From: Mobula hypostoma
Taxonomy: Eukaryota
NCBI RefSeq assembly: GCF_963921235.1
Contig: NC_086097.1
Location: 246,080,001 to 246,144,000 of the forward strand
Reading direction: 5' to 3'
Length of the DNA: 64,000 bases
Below are positions 25,320 through 37,719 of the stretch, one piece after another. Position numbers and translations under genes: made by a program. The notes under the pieces are model-generated. The model did no database searches. It was given only the letters and a program-made list of their open reading frames with translations, and was not told the DNA's origin. How positions within the stretch are numbered: position 1 is the stretch's first letter; each line of letters opens with the position of its first letter.

Positions 25320-26858
25320 CAAAGATGATAGGGAGATAGATAGAGAGAAAAATGATAGGCAGAGGGAGAGAAAGAGTTGATGAGGGAGAGAGAGATTGAT
25401 AAGGGGAGAGAGATAATGGGGAGAGAGAGATAACGGGGAGAGTGGGTTGATGGGGGAGAGAGAGTTGATGGGGAGAGAGAGATTGATAGGGGAAGAGAGA
25501 TAACAGGGAGAGAGAGATAACAGGGGGAGAGTGGGTTGATAGGGGGAGAGTGGGTTGATGGGGAGAGAGAGATTGATAGGGGAGAGAGAGATTGATAGGG
25601 GAGAGAGAGGTTGATAAGGGGAGAGAGAGATTGATAAGGGGAGAGAGATAACAGGGAGAGAGAGATAACGGGGAGAGAGAGATAATGGGGAGAGAGAGAT
25701 AACGGGGAGAGAGAGATAACGGGGAGAGAGAGTTGATGGGGAGAGAGAGATTGATAAGGGTAGAGAGATAGCGGGGAGAGAGAGATAACGGGGAGAGTGG
25801 GTTGATGGGGAGAGAGAGTTAATGGGGAGAGAGAGCTGATAGGGGAGAGAGAGATAAAGGGAGAAATAGAGAGTGACAGAGATGATAGTCAAAGAGGTAG
25901 ATGAAAGGGAGAGAGAGGTGATGGGGGGGAGAGAGAGAGATCATAGGGACAGAGATAGTATGATAGGACGAGAGTGACACATGATGTGAAGAGTGTGAGA
26001 GATGATAGGGAGACAGAAAGTGAGATAGTGGAATAAAAAGAGCAATGATCAATGGAGAGAGATGATAGGGAGAAAAATAATGGGCAGTGAGAGGGAGATG
26101 ACAGAAAGAAGGACAGAGATGATCAGGAGAGAGAAAGAGATAAAAAGAGAGAGAAGTCTGATGGGGGAGGAGAGGGGTGTTGGGGGAGGGGAGGGTTGAT
26201 GGGGAAAGAGAGGGTGAGGAGGAGAGAGAGGGGTGATGTGGAGGGTTGATGGGGAGAGAGCGAGAGGGGTGTTGGGGAGGGGAGGGTTGATGGGGAGAGA
26301 GAGGGGTGATGGGGAGAGAGAGGGGTGATGGGGAGAGGGAGAAGGAGGTGATGGGGAGAGAGAGTTGGTAGGGGACAGAGAGAGATGGTAGGGGACAGAG
26401 AGAGATGGCAGATAGCAGAGAGAAATGGTAGGGGGTAGAGACAGATAGTAGGGAGAGGAAGAAAGAGAGAAATTAGAGTGGCTGATGATAGGGACAGAGA
26501 GGAAGTGAGTCATAATAGAGAAGAGAAACATGATAATGAGATAGAGAAATGATATTGAGAGGGTGTAAGATGATAGGAAGAAAGATAGAGAGAGGTGTGG
26601 GGAGAAATAGAACAATGATAGCGGAGAGAGGTGACATGGAAAGAGAGAAAGAGAGGGAGATGATAGGCAGCGAGAGGGATGATATGGACAGAGATGATAG
26701 GGAGAGAGAAATGATGAGAGAGATACATAATAGAGGGAAAGATGATAGGGAGGGAGAGATGATCAGGAGAGAGGAAGAGAGATGACAGGGAGAGAGACAA
26801 ATGACAAAGTGAGAGGGAGAGAGAGATTATGGGGAGATAGGATGATGATGATGATGAT
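25320..26858 (+). repeat. polypurine minisatellite (GAGATAACGGGGAGAGA / GTTGATGGGGAGAGA variants)
   Basis: Directly visible. Confidence 0.95.
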
Positions 26859-26859
26859 T

Positions 26860-27098
26860 GAAGTAGAGCTTTAATTTGTAGGTTTTGAAACAATGAAAGT
26901 TGTTGTAGGTTGACAATGAAGTTTTCATTTCCAGAGTTATCATTAAGTTGAAACATAATATGTGTTGGTTATAGTCATTCATATCAGAGAATATGTGTTG
27001 AACTGAAATGGTTAAATCTGTGAGTTGAGTGTTTTCTACAACACTGAAGTTCATTTCTCAGGAAAGGAAGGATGTCATATATTGAAATGGTAAGGTCA
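26860..27098 (+). mobile_element. inverted 3' piece of the Gypsy element: 3' UTR, polypurine tract (PPT) and start of 3' LTR
   Basis: AGGAAAGGAAGGA (27060-27072) is followed by TGTCATATATTGAAATGGTAAGGTCA; 19 bp are identical to the 5' LTR start in the opposite orientation. Confidence 0.6.
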
Positions 27099-27099
27099 G

Positions 27100-30000
27100 T
27101 CAATGAGGTCCATTATCTGATTTGAGAGATACGGGCAGTCCATGTCTACTGAAAATGTTCTCCAGACTGTCAATAACCCTCTCTCTCTCTGTGGCTGTAG
27201 AGGTCAAAATGTCATATTCACCAAATCGCTGTAGTAATCAGGTACTACTAGCATGGAATGGTTTGTTGGTGATGGACCAAGCAAATCAACAGCTACTGCC
27301 AAGGTAATGGTGAACGGTGTCAGTTTTAGTGGTTCGGGGGGGGGGGGGGGCGGCTCAGGTCTTGTTACATTTTGACAGCCGTGACAAGCTTCGGAGTATT
27401 TCTCAGCTGCTTTATCCATACCAGGCCGCCAGACCTTGCACCTGAGATGCTGACTTGTACAACCATTCGCAAGTGTCCTTCATGAGTTGCGGGAATGCCT
27501 GTGTGTGCAAGGCTTCGGGTAACACAATCTGTGTCCCCCTGAGGATAAGATGACTGACTTCACACAGCTCATTTGCAATGGGTGCATGTGCCTTACAGCT
27601 CACAAGGTGTTTATTCATGATGGCTTTACGCACCTCCTGCAGCTCCGGATCGATGGCTGATGCTCTCTCTCCCTCTTGTGTTGTCAGGGCTTTAGATGGA
27701 TCACTCACAGCTATGAACCCAACATATTCCTCTGAATCGTGCTTGTGTCTCTCTTTTTGAGCAGTCTCTCCCAGTAGCCCCGACAGTGGGTCTGCACTGT
27801 TCTGTTTTCCTGGCATTTGTATGACTCTGTAGTCATGTGCTTGCAATCTCCAGACCCACCGCTCTATGCGTGTGCATGGTTTAGATCTTGGGCTGTAAAT
27901 CATCTCCGAAGCTTTTTGATCTGTCATCAGGTCAGATTTTCTCCCATACAAATAAGGATGAAGGCTTTCAGTACTGCTAATGCTTCTCGCTCTGTTTGTG
28001 ATTATTTTTGTTCACAGTTCGTGACAGGTAGCAGACAGGTACACACAGCAGATAGGTATCATAACTTCATTTTGGTTTTGGTATGAGTACTGTCCCCAGT
28101 CCGACTGGGCTGGCATCTGCTATTACTTTAGCTGGCACATCTTTATCAAATTAGGGCAACATACCTGCTCTTGCCAGCTCCTCTTTTATGCCTTTAAATG
28201 CTTGTTTCTGTTCTTCTCCAAACTTGAACTGGCTGTCCTTGTCAATCGCCTCAGTGGTTCAGACAAAGTTGCGGACTGTGGTATGAATCTGCTGCTGTAG
28301 CCAACAAGACCTCGGAAACTCCTCACTTCTGTGACATTTTGTGGCTCACGAGCCTCCAGTACTGCTCACACTCTCTCCTCAGCCGGTCCGATGCCTTTCT
28401 GTGACAAGAGAATTCCCAAGAAAACTAGTCTGTCCACGTTGAGCTGACATTTCTCTGGGTTCGGTGTCGGTCCACACTCTGACAGTCTCTTTAAGACAGC
28501 ATGCAGTCTCCCACCATGGAGTTTTTGGTTAGACACATGTACAATCACATCAACTGAGATGTTCTCAACTCCTTCAATTCCAGCTGAAGCATTTGCTGTC
28601 TCATGCTGGTACTGCTCACTGGCTGATGACACACCCTACAGACCCCATTATGCACAGCAAATGTGGCTATCTCTCTAAATTCTGGAGCTGGTTCTAGTTG
28701 GTGATAGCCCCATTTGAAGTCCAGTTTGCAGCTCCATTCATACCCTGTGGTATCTCGCCTACAGTTGCAATGGGATAGCTCTCCCTCTCAATTGCTTCAT
28801 TTGCCCTTCTCATGTCTAGGCACAAGTTTTGGCAAAATTATTACCAGGTTAACCCAAGGAGTTGGGCTTCAACGTTCTCAATAATGTCCATTTTTATTAA
28901 CTATTCAACTTTTTTCTCAACAGCCTCCCTTAAGTTGTAAGGTAGGTTTCTGAGTGGCTGGGCCACAGACTTTACCTTTGGATCAATGTACAGACTGGTC
29001 TGCTTAGTGTTCAGCTGTCCTACCCCTTCAAACTCCTCTGGGTACAGCAGCTTAAGCGACCCTTTAACATCTGTGACTACTGACACGTTTTCTCCGGTCT
29101 TTAACAGTTTTGTAGTCGTTTCTCTACCTAGGAGTGGTTCACAGCTGCCTTTTATCATGATGAACTCTGTCTGGTCTGTTCTGATTCCGAAACTTATTTC
29201 ACATTCAAACACACCCTGAATCTCCAGTGACTTGCTGGATGAATATGGGGACAGCTTCCTCTTCTGCTAAGGAATACATCAATGGCACTTTATCTTCCCG
29301 GACTAAGCTTTTCTCACACATTTTCACACAGTATATTACTTCAGGCTCCTGCATCTACTAACATGCACAGCATGAGACAGCAAATGCTTCAGCTGGAATT
29401 GAAGGAGTTGAGAACATCTCAGTTGATGTGATTGTACATGTGTCTAACCAAAAACTCCATGGTGGGAGACTGCATGCTGTCTTAAAGAGACTGTCAGAGT
29501 GTGGACCGACACCGAACCCAGAGAAATGTCAGCTCAACGTGGACAGACTAGTTTTCTTGGGAATTCTCTTGTCACAGAAAGGCATCGGACCCTCTGCACA
29601 AAAAAGTAATTTTTTTCCAGTTGACTCTGTCTCATTAACAACACATACAAATTCCTTCTGTTCATCCCCAACATTGTTCACTTGTTGTGTCTTTAATCCT
29701 TTTGTCTGGCACATTTTTGCAAAGTGGTCCTTTCCAGTCATTTTCTGCACGTCTGTCCACCAGCTGGGCTCTTTGGCTCTCTACCCAGGTGATCTGTGTT
29801 TCCACATCTGTATCATTTGTATTAGTAGACTTCCCTTTCCCCTCTGTGTCTTCTCGCCATGTGTTGTGCGTACACGGTGTGAAACACGGCGCACGGTCTC
29901 CGACTGGCTCCGTTGGAGTGACTTGGCTGACAACTGTTCCTCCACTTTTTCCACACCGTGCCCCCAGTTCCAGTGTGCGGGCAAGCGGCAGCTCCAGTAG

Positions 30001-30473
30001 TTTCCCCCCCGCACATAGACTGAGTTATATTTTCCCACTGTGGCGTCCCTGATTTGGCTGTCAATTCGAAAATCACAGACTTTCGCTGCCTGCCGAAGGC
30101 GAGTAGAGAACAGCTGAACCGTCTCACCTTGTTTTTGGGCAAGCTGATGGAAACGCTGCCGGGCAAACGTGGTGTTGACCTGGGGAACGAGGGAAGCATC
30201 CATCACCGCCGCGTAGTCTGTGACTTGTCCAGTGTTTGGAGGTGCTGAGAATATATCCCACACACCTGGCCCTGCAAGGTGCGGAAGTAGTGTTCTCCGT
30301 CTTGGTTTTGTATTATGTGTTGCGCTATCGTCCGCTATCAGTCCTTTATCGTCGGCATGAGTTCAAATGAGTTGAGCCACCGTGTCCATCTCGGACCTAG
30401 CGTAGCTGAAACCATCTCCATTCTCATCAACTCACGTTAAATTTACTTTCAAAACCCGTATCCTCGTCGCCAC
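27100..30473 (-). mobile_element. degenerate Ty3/Gypsy LTR retrotransposon internal region (gag-PR-RT-RH-INT)
   Basis: gag RWTRWLNSF and zinc-knuckle remnant (GKDHFAKMC); protease MLVDAGA; RT (VAQPLRNLPYNLR, EKCQLNV); RNase H DASPVGLG; integrase CHGCQ and SDNGP. RT-RH-INT order. Confidence 0.9.
30460..30472 (-). promoter_or_regulatory. primer binding site, tRNA-Ser(GCU) type
   Basis: TGGCGACGAGGAT, 1 nt after the LTR ..ACAACA end; complementary to the vertebrate tRNA-Ser(GCU) 3' end. Confidence 0.8.
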
Positions 30474-30632
30474 TGTTGTGTACTTGCAATCTATCAGATA
30501 GATATATCATGACTCGACGCTTCATGCTTCAGGTCTCATGATCGTTTCCATGCTTCCTCACAGCACGTGTTGCTCTGTCCCAGACTACTGACATCTTCAC
30601 AGTGTTTGACCTTACCATTTCAATACACCACG
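30474..30632 (-). mobile_element. short (~159 bp) 5' LTR of the Gypsy element
   Basis: Ends ..ACAACA next to the PBS; start defined by the match to the post-PPT sequence at 27073. Confidence 0.7.
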
Positions 30633-31010
30633 CCGTCAAACTCAATCCTGCGGCCATTGCGAATGCCATGTTCTGCTGCCGCCGATTTCTCCAGGTAACA
30701 CCAAACGGATACACCTCCTGTGCCCCTCGATGCGCGCCGATATCCGCTGGTGCGCGTTCACAGTGAACGCCAGCCGGCCTGAGTCCCGGGTCATACTTGA
30801 CCCGCACAAGTTGTGATCTGAGCTTCCTTACGGGTTTGTGAATGGTATTAACCCGGTGTTTCTTCTAGAATGGCAACAAAGCGAAGGAAATCATTCGGGC
30901 CCTTAAAAGGAAAAAAACCAGGAAACCTAACAACGAGGAGGAACCCGCCGCGAGTGCCTGTCTCCCTTCTATTTCCACAGTTTCTGGAAGGATTGCCGAG
31001 ATCCTGAAAT
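30633..31010 (-). mobile_element. Penelope-like element fragment (GIY-YIG region) with inverted 5' part
   Basis: Minus 30865-30633: KKHRVNTIHKPVRKLRSQLVRVK.DPGLRPAGV..RIEGHRRCIRL..EKSAAAEHGIRNGRRIEFDG (with frameshifts). Plus 30869-31009: NGNKAKEIIRALK..ACLPSISTVSGRIAEILK. Confidence 0.75.
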
Positions 31011-31690
31011 GATAGGGAAAGAGATTGCAGTGAGAGAGAAAGAGAGATGATAGGGCGAGAGAGAGAGATAGGGGATTGGGAGAGAGCGAGATACGACGGA
31101 GAGAGAGACAGGGGACAGAGAGAGCGAGATAGGGGACGGGGAGAGAGAGGTGGATGGGGAGAGAGCGAGATAGGGGACGGGGAGAGAGAGAGGGGGGACG
31201 GGGAGAGAGAGAGATAGGGGACAGGGGAGAGAGAGATAGGAGACAGGGGAGAGAGATAGGGGATGGAGAGGGAGAGATGGGAATAGGGAGAGAGCGAGAT
31301 AGGGGACGGGAGAAAGAGAGGGGGGACGGGGAGAGAGAGATAGGGGATAGGGAGAGAGCGAGATAGGGGACGGGGGAGAGAGAGATAGGGGATGGAGAGG
31401 GAGAGATGGGGATAGGGAGAGAGCGAGATAGGGGACGGGGAGAGAGGGGGGATGGGGAGAGAGAGATAGGGGATAGGGAGAGAGCGAGATAGGGAATGGA
31501 GAGGGAGAGATAGGGGATAGGGAGAGAGCGAGATAGGGGACAAGGGGAGAGAGAGAGACAGATGATTGATGGGGAGAGAGAGATGATAGGGGTAGAGAGA
31601 AATTACAGGGTAGAGAGAAATGATAGGGAGAGAACATTATGAGAAAGAGATGATAGGGAGAGACAGGGAGAGATAGTGAGAGAAAGAGAG
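31011..31690 (+). repeat. polypurine minisatellite (GAGATAGGGGACGGGGAGA)
   Basis: Directly visible. Confidence 0.95.
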
Positions 31691-32182
31691 ATTCAAAGAT
31701 TCAAAAAACTTTGTCATTCTAACCATACATCAGCTCTGCAGGGCAGGATGAGACAGCGTTTCCCAGGAGCAGTGCAATTGTAACATAACAAACGCAACAT
31801 TAAATAATAAACATAACAATAAATAGTAAAACACAACAGCAGCATGTCAGTTAAAATCAAGTTATAAGTGTCCAGTGCAAGTTAAAAGTGTCCAAAGCAG
31901 AGTCAGGTGGAGCAGCTATTTAGCAGTCTGACTGCCTGTGGGAGGAAGCTGTTTAGTAGCCTTGTGGTTTTAGTTTTGATGCTCCTGTAACGTTTGCCTG
32001 ATGGCAGAAGAACGAACAGTTCATGGAGAGAGTGTGAGGGGTCTTTAATGATGTACCATGTCTTCTGGAGGCATCGACTCTGAAAGAGGTCTTGGATACA
32101 AGGTAGGGAGACCCCAATAACCTTCTCTGCTCCCCTAACTACCCTCTGCAAGGCTTTTTTGTCGAGAGCACTGCAGCTGGAG
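31691..32182 (-). mobile_element. Rex1/Babar-like LINE 3' end inserted into the purine array
   Basis: SCSALDKKALQRVV..IIKDPSH..LPSGKRYRS; (ttgaatct)n tail. Confidence 0.85.
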
Positions 32183-33972
32183 ATAATCGGGAGAGAGATG
32201 ACAAGGGGAGAGAAATAACGGGGAGAGAGAGATGACGGGGAGAGAGAGAGATGACGGGGAGAGAGAGAGATGACGGGGAGAGAGATGATGGGAAGAGAGA
32301 GAGATGATGGGGAGAAAGATGATGAGGGGAGAGATATGACAAGGGGAGAGAAATAACGGGGAGAGAGAGATGACGGGGAGAGAGAGAGATGATGGGGAGA
32401 GAGATGATGGGAAGAGAGAGAGATGATGGGGAGAAAGATGATGAGGGGAGAGATATGACAGGGGGAGAAGAGGTATGACAGGGAAGAGAGCAAGATGACG
32501 GGGAGGGAGAGAGATGACGGGGAGAGAGAGATGACAGGGTATAGAGAGAGAGATGACGGGGGAGAGAGAGATGATGAGGGGAGAGAGAGATGACGAGGGG
32601 AGAGAGAGAGATGACGAGGGGAGAGAGAGAGATGACGGGGAGAGAGATGGGAGAAAGAGATGACAGGGGAGAGAGAGATGACGGGGTGAGAGAGATGACG
32701 GGGAGAGAGAGATGACGGGGGAGGGAGAGAGATGACGGGGGAGGGAGAGAGATGACGGGGGAGGGAGAGAGATGATGGGGAGGGAGAGAGATGACGGGGA
32801 GGGAGAGAGAGAGATGACAGGGGAGAGAGAGATGAAGGGGAGAGAGATGACGGGGAGAGAGAGATGACGGGGGTGAGAGAGATGACAAGGGGTGAGAGAG
32901 ATGACAGGGGGTGAGAGAGATGACAGGGGGTGAGAGAGATGACAGGGGGTGAGAGAGAGATGACAGGGGGTGAGAGAGAGATGACAGGGGGAGAGAGAGA
33001 GAGATGACAGGGGAGAGAGAGATGACGGGGAGAGAGAGAGATGACGGGGAGAGAGAGAGATGACGGGGAGAGAGAGAGATGACGGGGGAGAGAGAGAGAT
33101 GACGGGGGAGAGAGAGAGATGACAGGGGAGAGAGAGATGAAGGGGAGAGAGATATGAAGGGGAGAGAGATGACGGGGAGAGAGATGACGGGGAGAGAGAT
33201 GACGGGGAGAGAGAGATGACGGGGTGAGAGAGATGACGGGGGTGAGAGAGATGACAGGGGGTGAGAGAGATGACAGGGGGTGAGAGAGATGACGGGGAGA
33301 GAGAGAGATAACGGGAAGAGAGAGAGATGACGGGAAGAGAGAGAGATGACGGGGGAGAGAGAGATGACGGGGGAGAGAGAGATGACGGGGAGAGAGAGAG
33401 AGATGACAGGGAGAGAGAGAGAGATGACGAGGAAAGAGATATGACAGGGGGAGAAGAAATATGACGGGGGAGAGAGAGATGACGGGGACAGAGAGATGAT
33501 GGGGGACAGAGAGATGATGGGGGAGAGAGAGATGACGGGGACAGAGAGATGACGGGGACAGAGAGATGACGGGGACAGAGAGATGACGGGGACAGAGAGA
33601 TGACAGAGGTAGAGAGATGACAGAGGTAGAGAGATGACAGAGGTAGAGAGAGATGACAGAGAGAGAACATTATAAGGAGAAAGATGATAGGGAGAGACAG
33701 GGAGAGATAGTGAGAGAAAGCGAGATGATAGGGAGGGAGAAAGATGACAGGGAGGGAGAGAGTGGAAAATGGTCATGGAGAGAGAGAAGATAGGGAGAGA
33801 GTGAGACAGGATATGGAGAGAGATGACAGGGCGAGACAGAGGGAGGATAAAGAGCAAGTGTAATGATAGGGAGAGAGTGAAAGAGAGTGACAGATGATAG
33901 AGAGAGTGAGAGATGACAGGAAAGAGAGAGAGAGATGATAGGGATAGAGTGAGAGATGATAGGGAGAGAAAG
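32183..33972 (+). repeat. polypurine minisatellite (GAGATGACGGGGAGAGA)n
   Basis: Directly visible. Confidence 0.97.
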
Positions 33973-33974
33973 AC

Positions 33975-34540
33975 TTTAGTAAATTGGGGGACCGCTTTGG
34001 CAAGCATCTCCACTCTGACAGTCACAAGCGGAACACTGTGGTGGCCAAACATTTTAATTCCCATTCCCGTCCCAACATGTTGGTCCATGGACTTCGCTTG
34101 TGCCAATATGAGTCCGCCCTCAGGGTGGTGCTGCACACCTCATATTCCTTATGGGTGCCTCCAATCTAATGGCATGAATATCGATTTCTCTGTACTCCCA
34201 GTAAAAATAATCCCTTCACCTCCCCACCTCCTCTTTTCCCCAATCACCTCTTCCCTCCTGCCATTCACTTCCCCTGGGCCACTTCCTCCTTCCTCTTCTC
34301 CTCCGGTCCACTCCTGTTGGACACCTTCAACTCCAGCCCTTTACCTTTCCCACCTTATTGGCTGCACCTATCACTGTTCAGCTAGCTTTCGTCTCCACCA
34401 CCCCCAAACTTTTTTATTCTGCTGCCTTCTCCCTTCCTTTTCAGTCCTTAGGAAAGCTTTCAGCTTGAAACGTTAATTATTTATTAATTTCCATAGATGT
34501 TGCCAATCCTGCTGAGTTCCTCTGGCATTTTGTGAGACCA
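33975..34540 (+). mobile_element. Penelope-like 3' end (GIY-YIG C-terminus, 3' UTR, pLTR)
   Basis: GDRFGKHL..VVAKHFNSHS..MLVHGL..LQSNGMNIDFS. Confidence 0.75.
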
Positions 34541-34549
34541 AGATTATAT

Positions 34550-34756
34550 ATAGAGATAATACAGAGAGAAAGATGATAGGGAGGGAGAGGGAGAGAGGGG
34601 GAGAACGGGAGAGAGGGGGAGGGGGAGAGGGGAGGGGGAAGAGAGGGAGGGGGAAGAGAGGGAGGGGGGGAGAGGGAGGGGGAGAGAGGGAGGGGGAGAG
34701 AGGGAGGGGGAGAGAGGGAGGGGGAGAGAGGGAGGGGGAAAGAGGGAGGGGGAGGG

Positions 34757-34810
<54 letters not shown>

Positions 34811-35303
34811 TGGCAGGGAAACACAGATGATGGGGAGAGAGAGGTAGCAGGGAGAGAGGGAGAGAGGAGGGGGAGAAGGGAGAGGGGGAGGGGGAGAGGG
34901 GAGGGGGAGGGGAGAGGGGGAGAGGGGTGAGGGGTGAGGGGGGAGAGAAGAGGGGGAGAGGGGGAAAGGGGTGGGGGAGGGGGAGAGGGGGATGGGGAGA
35001 GAAGAGGGGGAGAAGGGGGAGGGGGAAGAAGGGGTAGAAGCGGGAGAAGGGGAGGGGGAGAAAGGGGTGGGGGAGGGGGGGAGGGGGTGGGGGAGAGAAG
35101 AGGGGGAGAAGGGGGAGGGGGGAAATGGGAGAGGGGAGAGGGAGCGGGAGAGGGGAGGGGGGAGAGGGAGGGAGAGAGGACAAGGATAGAGGGAGAGAGA
35201 GGACAGGGATAGAGGGAGGGCGGATAGGGATGAGGGAGGGCAGATAATGATGGGGGAAGGTGATAGGGATGGGGAGGGCCGATAGGAATGGGGAGGGTGG
35301 ATA
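34550..35303 (+). repeat. G/A-rich low-complexity tract including (GA)n
   Basis: Directly visible. Confidence 0.95.
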
Positions 35304-36652
35304 GACAATAGACAATAGGTGCAGGAGTAGGCCATTCGGCCCTTCAAGCCAGCACCGCCATTCACTGTGATCATGGCTGATCATCTACAATCAGTATCCA
35401 GTTCCTGCCCTATCCCCATGACCTTTGACTCCACTATCTTTAAGAGCTCTATCCATCTGTTTCTTGAAAGCATCCAGAGACTTGGCCTCTACTGCCTTCT
35501 GGGGCAGAGAATTCCACATATTCACCACTCTCTGGGTGGAAAAGTTTTTCCTCAACTCTGTTCTAAATGGCCTATCCCTTATTCTTAAACTGTGGCCTCT
35601 GGTTCTGTTTCCAGCGTGTCCAATCCCTTAATAATCTTATATGTTTCAATAAGATCCCCTCTCAGCCTTCTAAATTCCAGTGTATACAAGCCCATTCACT
35701 CCAATCTTTTGACATATGACAGTCCCGCCATCCCAGGAATTAACCTTATGAACCTACGCTGCACTCCCTCAATAGCAAGAATGTCCTTCCTCAAATTTGG
35801 AGACCAATACTGCACACAGTACTCCAGGTGTGGTCTCACCAGGGCCCTGTACAGCTGCAGAAGGACCTCTTTGCTCTTATACTCAATTCCCTTTGTTATG
35901 AAGGCCAGCATGCCATTAGCTTTCTTCACTGCCTGCTGTACTTGCCTGCTTACTTTCAGTGACTGATGTACAAGAACACCTAGATCTCGTTGTACTTCCC
36001 CTTTTCCTAACTTGACTCCATCTAGATAACAATCTGCGTTCCTGTTCTTGCCACCAAAGCGGATAACCTCACATTTATCCACATTAAACTGCATCTGCCA
36101 TGCATCTGCCCACTCACCCAGCCTGTCCAAGTCACCCTGCATTCTCATAACATCCTCCTCACATTTCACACTGCCACCCAGCTTTGTGTCATCTGCAAAA
36201 TTGCTGATGTTACTTTTAATTCCCTCATCTAAATCATTAATATATATTGTAAACAGCTGCGGTCCCAGCACTGAACCCTGCGGTACCCCACTGCTCACCG
36301 CCTGCCATTCCGAAAGGGACCCGCCAATCGCTACTCTTTGTTTCCAGTCAACCAGCCAATTTTCAATCTATGTCAGTACTCTGCCCCCAATACCATGTGC
36401 CCTAATTTTGCCCACTAATCTCCTATGTGGGACTTTTTCAAAGGCTTTCTGAAAGTCCAGGTACACTACATCCACTGGTTCACCCTTGTCCATTTTCATA
36501 GTTAAATCCTCAAAAAATTCCAGAAGATTAGTCAAGCACGATTTCCCCTTCGTAAATCCATGCTGACTTGGACCTATCCTGTTACTGCTATCCAAATGTG
36601 TTGTAATTTCATCTTTCATAATTAACTCCAGCATCTTTCCCACCACTGACAT
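35304..36652 (-). mobile_element. CR1 LINE fragment (RT to 3' end)
   Basis: SQHGFTKGKSCLTNLLEFF, GVPQGSVLGP, FADD; (tctattg)n tail. Confidence 0.93.
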
Positions 36653-36654
36653 CA

Positions 36655-37258
36655 GCAGGGATAGAGGGAGGGCGGATAGGGATAGGGGGAGGGCGGATAG
36701 GGATAGGGGGAGGGCGGATAGGGATAGAAGGAGGTTGGATAGGGATGGTCGGATAGGGATGGGGAGGTCGGATAGGGATGAAGAGGGCGGATAGGGATAG
36801 TGGGAGGGCGGATAGGTATGGGGAAGGCAGATAGGGATAAAGAGTGCGGATAGGGATAGTGGGAGGGCGGATAGGGATAGAGGGAGGGTGGATAGGGATG
36901 GGGACGGCGGATAGGGATAAAGGGACGGCGGATAGGGAAGGGGAGGGCGGATAGGGATTGAGGGAGGGCGTATATGGATAGAGGGACAGTGGATAGGGAT
37001 AGAGAGAGGGCGGATAGGCATAGAGGGAGGGCAGATAGGGATGGAGAGGTCAGATAGGGATGGGTGGAGGGCGGATAGGGATGGGTGGAGGGCAGATAGG
37101 GATAAAGGGAGGGTGGATAGAGATAGAGGGAGGGCGGATATGCATGGGGACAGCAGATAGGGATAGAGGGACGGCGCATAGGGATGGGGACGGCGAATAG
37201 GGATGGGGGACGGCGGATAGGGATGGGGGGGATGATGGATAGGGATGGGGGGAGAGCC
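36655..37258 (+). repeat. ~21-bp G-rich minisatellite (GGGAGGGCGGATAGGGATA)
   Basis: Directly visible; the same unit occurs at 35200-35300 on the other side of the CR1. Confidence 0.93.
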
Positions 37259-37267
37259 GATGAGAGT

Positions 37268-37700
37268 TCAACATGTTGGTCCATGGCCTGCTTTTGCGCC
37301 AAGGTGAGCACACCTTCAGGGTTGAGGAGACACACATCTTATTCCATCTGGGCAGCCACAAACCCAATGACATGAATATAGATTGCTCCTTCTGGCAAAA
37401 AAATCCTATCCCTCCCTTCTTGCTCTCGTCCCCATTTCTGGCCATTTACCTCTTGTCTCCGGCCTATCAATTCCCCTAGATCCACAGTTCCTTCCCTTTT
37501 TCCCATGGTCCACTCTCCTCTCCTCTGGGACTGCTTCTTCTCCAGACGTACCTCTCCCATCTACCCTGGCTGCACCCATCACCTTCCGGCCATCCTCCTT
37601 CCCCTCCCCACCATTCCTGCGTCTTCTCTCTTCCTGATCAGTCCTGAAGAAGGGTCTGGACCCAAAGCATCAACTGACCGACTGAGTTCCTGGCACTGTC
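37268..37700 (+). mobile_element. Penelope-like 3' end with pLTR
   Basis: MLVHGLL..RVEETHILFHLGSHKPNDMNID; agtcctgaagaagggtctggaccc. Confidence 0.7.
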
Positions 37701-37719
37701 TGAGGCAGTGATTCGGAGA

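Noticed and set aside
27062..27089. 28-nt microexon bounded by ag/gtaagg
   Set aside because: It coincides with the PPT and LTR start of the Gypsy element.
30529..30865. Host first exon (MAFAMAAG..CIEM|gtaagg) in a CpG island
   Set aside because: The sequence is explained by a Penelope GIY-YIG remnant, and the apparent donor lies inside the Gypsy LTR.
32135..34136. 511-aa and 665-aa S/L/P-rich ORFs, and similar ORFs across 25-38 kb
   Set aside because: These are translations of pyrimidine-rich minisatellite strands that lack stop codons because of their composition.
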